A stretch of DNA of 56,808 bases, the filler included, from Catajapyx aquilonaris (taxonomy: Eukaryota): assembly GCA_000934665.2 (NCBI GenBank). It is 3 parts of 3 records of this genome, joined end to end, with 100 filler letters (N's around TTAATTAATTAA, not from the genome) between each part and the next. Parts side by side here need not be neighbours in the genome. Positions count along the whole stretch, not along the records: positions 37,979 to 56,808 come from JYFJ02006601.1; 2 more parts are not named here. One strand, written 5' to 3'. Positions 41,293-52,160 of this stretch are shown here, in pieces. Both the position numbers and the translations under genes were made by a program. Each line of letters opens with the position of its first letter. Position 1 is the first letter of the stretch. Below the pieces are notes generated by a model that was not told the DNA's origin, did not search any database, and saw only the letters and a list, made by a program, of their open reading frames with translations.

Positions 41293-41370
41293 ACTGACAG
41301 TGAGCTCAGTTGTGTAGCTTACGTTGTATATCTTGCCAAGGTTACGTCATGCTTGAAAAAGTCAGGGTCA
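41293..41370 (-). promoter_or_regulatory. CYP A1 core promoter: Inr TCAGT, TGACGTAA and a DR0-like nuclear-receptor repeat
   Basis: On the plus strand: ACTGA 41293-41297, TTACGTCA 41342-41349, AAGTCA-GGGTCA 41359-41370. Equivalent motifs occur upstream of A2 and B2. Confidence 0.55.
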
Positions 41371-42313
41371 CACGTAATGGGGTTTTATTGATCCAAGTTG
41401 TTCAAGCCACACTTTCGGATTGCAGTCATAAAATTTCATGGTTGCATTCATCATCATTATTATTCAGCAGCAGGGAGCATGGATTGTACCTAATTGAAGG
41501 GGCAAAGGGTTGGAAATATTAAAATTACTTAAGCACATTAAGTTTTGAAAAATTCAACATCTAATTTTTATAACATCACACTACTGCATTGTATTAGTTA
41601 CTGCAGTGTTATGACTGTATTATAGGTGACAGGCAGGAAATACACTAATAATAATATTATCCTCACTCCTTATCTTTGTGACAAGTGCACTTCTCTGAGA
41701 ATAATATTATTATCATTATGTCACGCGTTGTAGGAGGCTTTAGTTTGTAATTTTCACGTTACTTGATTCCAGGTGGCATTGACGTGGAATTACACCTCGG
41801 TATAACGAACTTATAATGTGTATGTGCATCCACATGTGTGGTGTTTTTTTTGTCCTACCTGTATACGTCTCTGCCCTCAATTATGTCACAATGTTCGTGA
41901 ATCGTAAGTGATAATATATCTTAATTACAGTATATTTAGGATGAATATAGGCTATAAAAGATTTTTATTGATAATTAACAGGTACAGTATTACAACATAT
42001 TATGAAAGACACATTTCTGGCAGTGGACACTGAAAAAAGGGATCAAAAAATTGAAACTAACTTATAATTTTTATCATACTTTCCATTAGGATTAACCACA
42101 ATTAATGTAGGGTTGAAATTTTTGCTTCGCATTTACTGTACATTGCACAGTATTAGTTTAATGGCTAAGTATTACATAAATAAGTATTCCAACATCGTTC
42201 TAAAATCACTGAAATGCTTTCGCGCTATTACTGTAGCTGTATATAAGCAGTTCTTTATCTAATTGTCACTCTAATGGCTTCGCTTAATTTGATGGGGGAA
42301 GGAATTGTAGATA

Positions 42314-42475
42314 AGGTGAAGTGGGGGAAGTGCACACCCGGGGTAAGTCCATATATTGTGCCGCCATAGTGCAGCTACATAGCTGACGCGTTTTGGTGTC
42401 GTCAGCCATTTTCATTCCAATATGGCGGCACAATATATGCACTTACCCCGGGTGTGCACTTCCCCCACTTCACCT
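42314..42475. mobile_element. MITE, 162 bp, with 55-bp TIRs
   Basis: 42314-42368 and 42421-42475 are reverse complements with one mismatch. The element is absent from the paralogous intergenic region near 49020. Confidence 0.9.
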
Positions 42476-42641
42476 ATTCTTGAAAGTATTACTTGATGCT
42501 CTTGCGATTGAAACACGGTGATAATTTTGCTCTGTTTCACATGCTTGTTTCGGATTATTAATTCAATTCTAACTTGTAAGATAAGCTTGTAATGCGTGCA
42601 CGTACATGAATGGCAATGGTATATTGTTTAACATCTTCAGT

Positions 42642-44253
42642 TTAAGTGCTCCTGGGCTCCAATCGAAGCCAAATTCCATTTTTCGCCGTCATACTTATTG
42701 CAAGGGCATATTTCATTGGCACGTCGGTCCTTTTGGAAATGCGAAGACGAAAGTTGAGAACAGTCATCGCCAGAGCAGCTTTGGCTTCCATCAGAGCAAA
42801 TCGCATTCCTGTTAGGTTAAAGTTAAACAACATTATATTTGCGGCATTGTGACAATTGCCTGTGACCTGGCTGACCTATGCAGTTGCGAGGTCCGTGTCC
42901 GAAGGGCTGGAAGACGTAAGGACTCCTCTTGGCCTTCTCTTCTGGGCTGAATCTCTCTGGATCGAAATAGTTTGGATTTGGAAAGTGCTTCTCGTCACGA
43001 TGGACCGCAAAGGATGGGAATGTTACCAACATGCCCTTTCGAATGACCTGGTCAGTTCCGGGAACCGGGTAATCTTTGGTACACTTTCTGTTCATCCTCG
43101 GTGCAGGAATATGCAAACGTAATGTTTCTGAAAAGGTGAAGTGGCACTTAATGTTAACGCGGAACAACTTGAACAGTGCCATTGTGGTATATAGTACCAT
43201 TGAGCACTTTGTCCATAAGCTCCATTTCCATGATTCCATCGTAGGTGATTTGTCCATGGTGCCTCTCCACCACTTTCCGCACTTCTTCATAAAGCTCCTC
43301 CTGGATGTCCGTGTTGAGTGCCAACTCGTATGTAGCAAATGAAAGCGCAGTTGCTGTTGATTCATAGCCGGCGAGAAAGAACAGTATGCACTGGGCAATC
43401 AGGGTGGGCTCGTCCAAAACTGTAAAGAAGTTAACAACTTATTTCAAAAGACACATCAACTATGCTGTCACAAATACAGTACTACACAATCATGCGAGAG
43501 TTCGGAGAAGAAAAATTGAGAAAAATGCAGGAATAAGAAAGCATGGCTGATATTTTCAGGGTGTCACTATGTCATTTTACCAGTACAATATGAATCCTCA
43601 TGCCTACCTGACTTTGGAGAGGATGGACTTCTCTGATATGCATCAGCATTGTAGCCAATCAGATGATCTGATTCGGTTTCTTTCTCCTCTTTTCCCTTCA
43701 TGGCGTCAAGAAGAAGCTGAAGAAAATCTTTCCTTACTATCCCACTTCGTTCCCTCTCGGCAATAGTGTCTTTCACAACATTTGCTAAAAAATACATGGA
43801 AGTGTCCGCTGTAGGCAAAGAAATTATTTTGCCCACAAATGCCATGACTCGCGGAAAGAGCACAGTCAGCATGATCGCCAGGAAGCCAAGTGCTCCTGGG
43901 TTTACCATCTTGTCAGCTACCTTAGCGAAAGGTGCGCTGGGGTTCTGGATCGAATTGCACTGAACTCCAAAAGCTGAGCTAGCAATCACGTCCATTGTAA
44001 ACCTCCCGTAAGCTTCCTTCATTTCCACTTCCTCTCCAAGTTTAGATTTTTTTCTCAAATAATCCATCAACTGATCATCTGTCTCACACACCAATGGAAA
44101 TATTCTCTTCATCTTACCAGAAGTAAAGGACGGGGTAATGACACCCCGGACGTCCTTCCAATGCTGGCCCACAAGATTGGCCAGTAGCAGTTTTCCATAT
44201 GGGGCATCCGTTACCAACATCAAAAGTAAGTCGGTCTACAAAGTGATCAAAGT
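42642..44253 (-). pseudogene. Cytochrome P450 clan 3, gene B1, probable pseudogene; exons (44253)-43608, 43419-43198, 43127-42876, 42808-42642
   Basis: Close paralog of B2, but homology starts only at FDHF, so about 99 codons and the start codon are missing. There is a +1 frameshift near 44208-44209 (AAC GGA TGC versus AAC GAA GCT in B2). Downstream exons and splice sites are intact (AGYES, ETLR, PERF, FGHGPRNCIG). Confidence 0.88.
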
Positions 44254-45405
44254 TCAAGGTCAAGGTCGGACGCGATGTTTTTTTTTGTTGCAAGTTGTTC
44301 AGGTCTCTCAGATTGCGAATCATAACATGGTTTACATGTGTTTTTTTGTAATATTTTCACCATTGCATTCATGATCACCATTACATCACGGCTTGTCCCT
44401 GATTAAAAGAGGAGGCTCCAGAGATAGCAAGGAAGAATGATTTGCTATATTACTCATCATCTTACACAACCACAAGTATAAACCTTTCCTCACTGTTTAT
44501 TTTATTATGTGCTTATTACTTTTAATTAATAAATACATTGACTTTTTAAAAAAGTAGCATGGCAAAAAGACCACCTCGAAATTTAAATGTCAGTGATTGT
44601 CAACTTATAGTGTGATACCTCCCACGATGCTGGAATAATACTCGTAAATAGGTTTCTCAAGACCTACGTGTATGATTGAAACAAAATCATAATCATGACT
44701 GACTCGGCGGGGTCAAAGGGATGATCTGGGAATCGTGAGAATAAGAAAGGCTCTCTTCGTGCTGATATTACTGCATGTAACGTAAGGCGATCAAAATCGT
44801 AATTATTCACTCGAGTACAGCACCATTTGAAATAGAAAAACATACGGGGTAAAAATATTTGCATACAATTGATACAAAGCATTAAAAATATAAGCAACAT
44901 CAATTACGTCTCAATGTATTCTGACGGAGACATAATCAGGTAATATCTCAGCTCCAACTTAAAATATGCGATAATAGAATTATGATATGACGAGGATGTA
45001 ATAATTATAAGGTTTGATAATGCAGTAGGTACCGGTTTAATACCTGCCGTTTCAATTCGTATCAACGGTCTGAAAATTTTAAACAAACATTAAATACAAA
45101 TATTACTGTCCATTTAAAAATCCGACACGTACATTTATGGTAGTAGGCATACTCTATTGTATTGTAATAAACATCTTATTTCATAGCTAATTTTTTGTTG
45201 ATGTCTAAACATGCATAATTTGTAAATTAACCTTGACATGGGTAAGTACGCAATTATGTTTAAAAACGTTATTTGTGTAACGTGTGGTTTATCAGTGGGA
45301 GGTTGGAACCAATTACCACGGAGCAGAGTGTCCTATGCAGAAAATTCAAATGGCTGTGTCAAGAGCTAATAAATTGTTCATTCTTGACTGTGTTTGTTTA
45401 TGTAA

Positions 45406-47798
45406 CTAGTCGTTTCTCTTCTCCACTTTGAGCCAGACTCCATTTTTAGCTCTTGCTAATGTTGCAGCAAGTGAATATGTGAGAGGAATCTCCGTCCTTT
45501 CTGAGGGATGAAACCGGAAGTTGAGTACTGTCGACGCCAGTGCAGCTTTTGCCTCCATCAGTGCAAATCGCATTCCTGAAAGAATAAATAGAGAAGAATA
45601 AGGACTGGTGTACGAGTACTTTATCGGTTTTTGGACATCATCATTGAAATCGTTATCACTTTGGGTGACTTTGAATAATTCATTTGTTCAGGATGCATTG
45701 TTGTAAAAATTAAGAATATTTTGTCGATGCTGGTCTTATTATCCAGATGTTGATTTTCTTCAATTAGAGAAACATAAAAGCATGTAGTGAGTTGATGTAC
45801 TGTAATATCTACGAAATATGAATTATATGTGTATATTAAATAAATGATAGGCAATATATTTCTTACCAACACAATTTCGTGGCCCGTGTCCGAATGCCTG
45901 GAAGGCGTATGGGTTCCTCTTGGCCTTTTCTTCGTGGCTAAATCGCTCGGGATCAAACTTGGTCGGATTCGGGTAGTAACGCTCGTCGCGATGGATTGCA
46001 AATATTGGGAAGCTGACCACAGTACCCTTCTGAATCACCTGGTTTGTTCCCGGAACCTGGAAGTCTTTGGTACACTTTCTCATGCCTCTGAAGCCTGGGG
46101 CGTGTAAACGAAGAGTCTCTGAAATGAGTGACATTAATTACTCGTATTTTCAAGAAGCCACTTTCATCACAGGTGGTCAGGCAGTGTAATGCTTAGAAAT
46201 TGTTTAAAAAATCTAGCATCTCACCATGAATGACTTTATCCAGGAGCTCAATTTCCATAACGGCATCGTAGGTAACCTTTCCGTCGTGCTTTTTAATGAC
46301 CTCCTGTACCTCTTCGTACAGTCTCTCTTGCAATTCAGGGTTGAGAGCCAACTCGTAGGCAGCAAAACTCAAGGTGTTGGCAGTAGTTTCGTAGCCAGCA
46401 ACGAAGAATATTATGCACTGGGCGATGATCAATGGCTCGTTCAATACTGAAATTGTATCATGATTAACTACTGTATATAACTTTATAACATTTCTCATTT
46501 GTTGGATAGCAGTCAATCTTAGTCAAACATAACAACTAGGATAATATGCATACAGGAATGAATGTTTACGGGGTATTAGAACTATGTGCTTGGATATTTA
46601 TATTTTACGACTGAGTAAGTGAACCAACGACGAAACGGTAACAAAATTATCTAAAAATTACGGCAATTTTGGCTATATTATTGTAATTAATTCCATCATA
46701 TTTTTATCAACATAAACAGGTATGTTCGTCATGAATTAGGTTGGTGAATTATTCCAACTCGTCACCTAAAGAACATAAATATCGTCTCAATGCATTAAAA
46801 ATCTCGTGTCACTATTTTATAAACCCTCGTCTCTGCGGCGGAGCAAATAAAGCCCTTATCTGACCTGATAAGTTACCTGATTTGGAGTTGCCCTTTTGTC
46901 CTTGCGCCTTGTCGTCGCTGTGATCATCGTTCGAGTCGTCCTCTCTAGCGTCCAAAAGCAACTGCAAGAAGTCATTTCCTTTGATTCCTGTCCTTTCGCG
47001 CTCTGCAATACTGTCCTTCGCCACGTTCGCAAAGAAATGCATGGCACCTTCGCTGCTGGGCAATGGGACATGCATCCGGCGCAAAAAGTTCATGAATTTG
47101 GGGAAAACAATGGACAGCATCAAGACAATGAAGACAATTGGCTTGGGAAACATAAGTTTTCCAGCCATCTTTGGAAATAATGCTTCGTTGTCTTCGAAGG
47201 AATTGCAGTTGACTCCAAAAGCAGTGGTTGCGATCACATCCATGGTGAATCTCCCGTACACATCTTTTATTTCCACTTCCTTTCCCCTTTCGGCAATTCG
47301 GTTGAAATATGCCTTCAGCTGAGCAGTGCTGTCACACACTGATGGGAATATGCGCTTCATTTTTCCGGACGTGAATGTGGGCGACACCACGCTTCTGACG
47401 TCCTTCCATACCTTCCCAGTGAGATTGGTCATCATCAGGTTCATGTACTCCATCTTCTTCCCCATGTCGATATTGAACCTATCCGAAAAGTGGTCAAAGT
47501 CCTTGACGTAAATGAGCCTCATCAGTTCAGGGTCCACAACCCACACGTTGGGTCCTAAGATGTCCCATGATCCCGCCAATTTTTGTCCAGATAGCTTTTT
47601 GTACACAGCAATGTCCGCATCCCCGTTGGACTTGGTCACAAAAATCGAGTGCAAGAAACACTTCCAGAAGTAAGTGGCAGGCAATGCAGGCAATCCCTTC
47701 CGGCTCCAGTAGATGTTGTAACACACCACGTACACAGCCAGCAAGACTGGTGTTGCAACTAGTGGTACGGCTACCAGGTACGCCAAAAAGCACCACAT
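45406..47798 (-). CDS. Cytochrome P450, clan 3, gene A2, 521 aa; exons 47798-46877, 46446-46225, 46118-45867, 45575-45406
   Basis: Paralog of A1 with AGYETT, ETLR, FDPERF and FGHGPRNCVG. The last exon (GMRFALMEAK...VWLKVEKRND*) was translated by hand because it is missing from the ORF track. Confidence 0.96.
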
Positions 47799-47864
47799 TG
47801 TCCAAAAACAATCACAATCACAGGTTTGATCACTAGCTCACTCTCGACGGAAAACTGTACGAGT

Positions 47865-47934
47865 ACTGATACGTGTGGCCAGGACACAGTGCCTCTGCGG
47901 CTTTCCATGTTACGTCAGAATGGGTTCACGGTCG
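47865..47934 (-). promoter_or_regulatory. CYP A2 core promoter motifs
   Basis: ACTGA 47865-47869, TTACGTCA 47910-47917, GGTTCA-CGGTCG 47923-47934. Confidence 0.5.
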
Positions 47935-48317
47935 TACATGAGTGGAAAGTTAAATGAGGATGATTCAACATCTGCTGCGCATTGCTGGTGATTTTTTAAA
48001 GATTCGCCTGGTGAAGTGTGCACATTACAGAATAATGCAGTTCAATACTGAAATCATATACCTTTAATATTGTTAGTGACATTGTTGACAGTTGTTGCCC
48101 ATTGGGATGTATTATGTGAGAATGAATACATTTGAAGGAGGGAAGGGGCCGCCTACTCGCAATGTTTGGCCTACATGGCAGGGCTATAAGAGCAGTCACG
48201 AGGTCAGTGCAATTATTACGTTCATTGCACCATTCACACCAAGTAGGTCTTCCCTTTGTGATATTTGTGTCATTCGCGTGTTAGTAAATTCTACAGTGTA
48301 AATAATTCTACAGTATC

Positions 48318-48568
48318 GGGCGACACGGTGGCCGAGCGGTTAGCGCCGCAGCCTTCCACCTCTAAGGTCCCGAGTTCGATACCCGGGTCGGACGGAGGAT
48401 ACTATGTGGATAGAGTTTCGAGGGTTCTCTCCGTGTTCGCGTGGGTTTTCTCGGGGTTCTCCCGTTTCCTCCCACTATCAAAATCCGTCACATTACAGGC
48501 AAATGATTAAAATCGGTTATTCAAAAGATGATCCCCTAAGAGGCCCAAGGGGCCTATCACGGGGTATC

Positions 48569-48659
<91 letters not shown>
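48318..48659 (+). mobile_element. Full-length tRNA-derived SINE with a V-domain-like core and (TTA)n tail
   Basis: A box TGGCCGAGCGG (48329), B box GTTCGATAC (48374), core TTCTCTCCGTGTTCGCGTGGGTTTTCTCGGGGTTCTCCCGTTTCCTCCCAC, a 3' stem-loop and a (TTA)n tail. The 13-bp TSD ATTCTACAGTATC is at 48305-48317 and 48660-48672. Confidence 0.93.
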
Positions 48660-48663
<4 letters not shown>

Positions 48664-49116
48664 TACAGTATCATGAACTGACTATTGATCCCATCACTCT
48701 CCTGACCCCTGTGGCACTCCCTGTCTCTGCAATAAATGTATTATAGCTGTGTCACAGGTTGTAGGAAGACTGATTTTATCATTTTTACGCGACATGATTC
48801 CAGATGGCATTGATGTGGAATTACAGCTTGGCCTAGTGGAAAATTTTGATTAAAGGTGCACTGGTAGTGTGGCAAGGATAAAATACATTTATTAACACTG
48901 AACATGCCCAATATGAATTATTACAAAATATGAACGTACATTTCTGGCAGAAAAATTGCTCAAAAATTAAAACTCTTTTATCCCACTTCACATTAGGATA
49001 AACCTTAATTAATGAAAGTTTCACACATTTTCTGATTATTAATTCACTTCTAAGAGAAGCTGGTAGAGCTTTAACTTACATACGTGGAAATAGTACAGTA
49101 GTTTAACAATGTCAGT

Positions 49117-50995
49117 TTAAGTGGTCCTGGGCTCCAATCGAAGCCAAACACCATTTTTAGCCGTCAGAATTAATGCAAGCGCATATTTCATTGGCACGTC
49201 GGTCCTTTTGGAAATGCGAAGGCGAAAGTTGAGAACAGTCATCGCCAGAGCAGCTTTGGCTTCCATCAGGGCAAATCGCATTCCTGTTTGGTTAAGGTGA
49301 ACAGCATTATATTTGAGACTATGTGACAATGACCTGTGACCTGACCTATGCAGTTACGAGGTCCGTGTCCGAAGGGCTGGAAGACGTAAGGATGCCTCTT
49401 GGCCTTCTCTTCTGGGCTGAATCTATCTGGATCGAACTTGGTTGGATTTGGAAAGTGCTTCTCGTCACGATGGACAGCAAAGGCTGGGAACGTGACCATC
49501 ATGCCTTTTCGAATGACCTGGTCAGTTCCCGGAACCTGGTATTCTTTGGTACACTTTCTCATCATGGTCGGTGCCGGAGGATGTAAACGTAATGTTTCTG
49601 AAAAGGTGTAGGACCGCTTATGTAACTCCAAACGACTTGATGAGTAATACCTGGTATCGTACCATTTAGTACTTTGTCCATTAAATCCATTTCCATGATT
49701 CCATCGTAGGTGATTTGCCCATGGTGCTTGTCCACCACTTTACGCACTTCTTCATAAAGCTCCTCCTGGATGTCCGTGTTGAGTGCCAACTCATAGGTGG
49801 CAAATGAAAGCAGAGTTGATGTTGTTTCGTAGCCAGCCAGAAAGAACAGTATGCACTGGGCAATCAGGGTTGGCTCGTCCAAAACTGTAAGGAAGTGAAC
49901 GAACACCAAATAAGATGCCACATTCACTGCACATGAGAAAGTTTCGAGAGGCCAGCAGCTGGAAAGAAAGTTGAGGAAAATGCAGAAAAAACAAAGGCGT
50001 TGTTGATATTGTATGGGTGTGCCATGTCGTTTAACAGTTGCATCCTCTTGCTTACCTGACTTTGGAGAAGATGCACTTTTGTGATGTCCAGCGTTGTAAC
50101 CAATCACCTCGTCTGATTCTGGTTCCTTATCCTCTTTCCCCCTCATGGCGTCGAGAAGAAGTTGAAGAAAATCTTTCCTTACAATCCCACTTCGCTCTCT
50201 CTCAGCAATAGTGTCTTTCACCACATTGGCAAGAAAATACAATGAAGTGTCCGCTTTTGGCAAAGGAATTATTTTACCCACCAATTCCGTTGCTCGCGGA
50301 AAGAGCAGAGTCATTAAGATTGCAATGAACCCAAGTCCTCCTGGATTTACCATCTTGTCTGCTACCTTGGCGAAAGGTGCGTTGGGGTTCTGGATTGAAT
50401 TGCACTGAACTCCAAAAGCAGAACTCGCTATGACGTCCATTGTAAACTTCCCGTAGGCTTCCTTCATTTCCACCTCCTCTCCAAGTTTAGCTTTTTTGGT
50501 CAAGTAATCCATCAACTGATCCGAGGTGTCGCACACCAATGGAAATATCCTCTTTATCTTACCAGAAGTAAATGATGGGGTAATGACACCCCGGACGTCC
50601 TTCCAATGCTGCCCCACAAGATTGAACAGTAGTAATTTCCCGTATGGAGCTTCGTTACCAAAATCAAAAGAAAGTCCGTCTACAAAGTGGTCAAAGTCTT
50701 TTACATAGATACTTTTCATGAGGTCTGGGTCCATAATCCACAGGGTGGGACCTGTCATGTCCACGACGCCTGCCATCTTCTTGGCTGACAAACGCCGGTA
50801 AACGGCTAATTCCGCGTCGCCTTGCGATTTTGTGATGAATATGGAGCGCAGGAATTGTTCCCAAAAAAACATGGCTGGCAATGCGTCGAATCCCCGTGTT
50901 TTCCAATAGCGGTTGGCCCAAACCGTGTAGGCCATCACCAAGAGTGATATTGCAGAAACCGCGAAAAAAAATAAGTAGCACAAAAACCACCACAT
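49117..50995 (-). CDS. Cytochrome P450, clan 3, gene B2, 526 aa; exons 50995-50056, 49884-49663, 49597-49346, 49283-49117
   Basis: Membrane anchor, VKDFDHF, WKDVR, AGYETT, ETLR, FDPDRF and FGHGPRNCIG, with canonical phase-1 introns. Confidence 0.96.
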
Positions 50996-51052
50996 TTTTA
51001 GTCACTCCCAGTCGCAGCGTCTACATCTAACTTGCGGGAATCATCGAATCAA

Positions 51053-51160
51053 ACTGACAGTGAGAGCCGAGATGTGGTTCATGTCTCTGCTGTACAGTAC
51101 GTCGCATCGTACTGGAAGTCAAGGTCAGATGCGGTGGATTACAGCATGTGGATTACGTCA
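51053..51160 (-). promoter_or_regulatory. CYP B2 core promoter motifs
   Basis: ACTGA 51053-51057, AAGTCA-AGGTCA 51116-51127 (contains TCAAGGTCA), TTACGTCA 51153-51160. Confidence 0.55.
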
Positions 51161-51386
51161 TTACACTATGCAATATTTGTCCATGGGAATTCATCGCTAT
51201 TTCCCTGTTCCTTATTAGGTTACTCATAACACAACTCGTAATGACCATTAATTGTGTCTGGGATTTGTCTTTGACCTCGGGGCAGTCATAAAACCTAAAT
51301 CCTCAAAATACAAGCGTCTTTCCATATGAATGGGCTGAAATGTTGCTAGACATTCTCGGATTTTGCTGTGAAAATCCACAGCTGTA

Positions 51387-51520
51387 CAGTGGTGGAAATT
51401 AATGGAGGCACACAAGTCTGGCCACCTGGCGGAGTTTTTCCTCCAGTAGATATTAAAGAAGCAGCTTCATGTATAAAGGAAAATCTCCGCCAGGTGGCCA
51501 TTGATTAAGTTCCAACACTG
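51387..51520. mobile_element. Tc1/mariner MITE, 134 bp
   Basis: TA|CAGTGGTGGAAATTAAT ... ATTAAGTTCCAACACTG|TA, with the internal inverted repeat TGGCCACCTGGCGGAG. Confidence 0.85.
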
Positions 51521-51522
51521 TA

Positions 51523-51931
51523 CATACCTATGTCATAAGGCAGCATGTCCAGTTTCATCCATATTGCGCAATACCGTGGGGATTGAAAATATCGCGATAT
51601 TTTGAAAATGGCCGAAAATGAAGGCTTTTTTGGAGAATTTATTCCTGTTAGTGGAAGTGGTCAAAACCCAATAAACATTAAGTTATATCAAATGAAAGAG
51701 AATCTCAAGGAGAATGCGGCTATGGAAGTAGTTTGCCTAAAGAATGTAAGGAGAAAAATATGTTGGCCCTGGGCGGAGAAGGGAGTGCAATTATTCTATC
51801 CGGACATGTCGGGGGTGAAAAACGGAAAAAGACTCATTTTCGGAAATTTTCAAATTTCTCGATTTATTCCCTCATGACGGTATTGCGCAATATGTATAAA
51901 ACTTGCTGTGCAGCCCTATGGCATAGGTCTG
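51523..51931. mobile_element. TA-flanked MITE, 409 bp, with about 55-bp TIRs
   Basis: TA|CATACCTATGTCATAAGG...ATATTGCGCAATACCGT versus ACGGTATTGCGCAATAT...CCCTATGGCATAGGTCTG|TA. Confidence 0.85.
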
Positions 51932-52078
51932 TATAGCTGTGATTTTTCGCAGCCAAATCCGAGATGGTCCAGCAACATTTCGGCCCACTTGATTCGGAAA
52001 GACCGCTACATTTCGAGGATTTTTGTTTTTCGTTCATTGATTGCCCCGAGGTCAAAAACAAATAATACCAGACAAAAT

Positions 52079-52160
52079 GGGAGGCATGATGGTCTAGTGG
52101 CTATGCTACTGGCGAGCCCAGCGGGAGGTTCAAATCCCGTCCCCGTCACCTTCGCGGGGT
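52079..52160 (+). mobile_element. tRNA-derived SINE head or tRNA pseudogene
   Basis: A box TGGTCTAGTGG (52090-52100) and B box GGTTCAAATCC (52127-52137). There is no intact cloverleaf. Confidence 0.55.

Larger units (their letters stand above)
51245..52080. mobile_element. Diverged palindromic element split at its central TA by two MITEs
   Basis: About 51255-51386 is the inverted counterpart of 51932-52074 (TTTGACCTCGGGGCA..., GAAATGTTGCT..., CTCGGATTT.GCTG..., CACAGCT). Confidence 0.8.

Noticed and set aside
40291..50708. Plus-strand ORFs that recur antisense to the CYP exons
   Set aside because: Their similarity to each other simply mirrors the paralogous CYP coding sequence.
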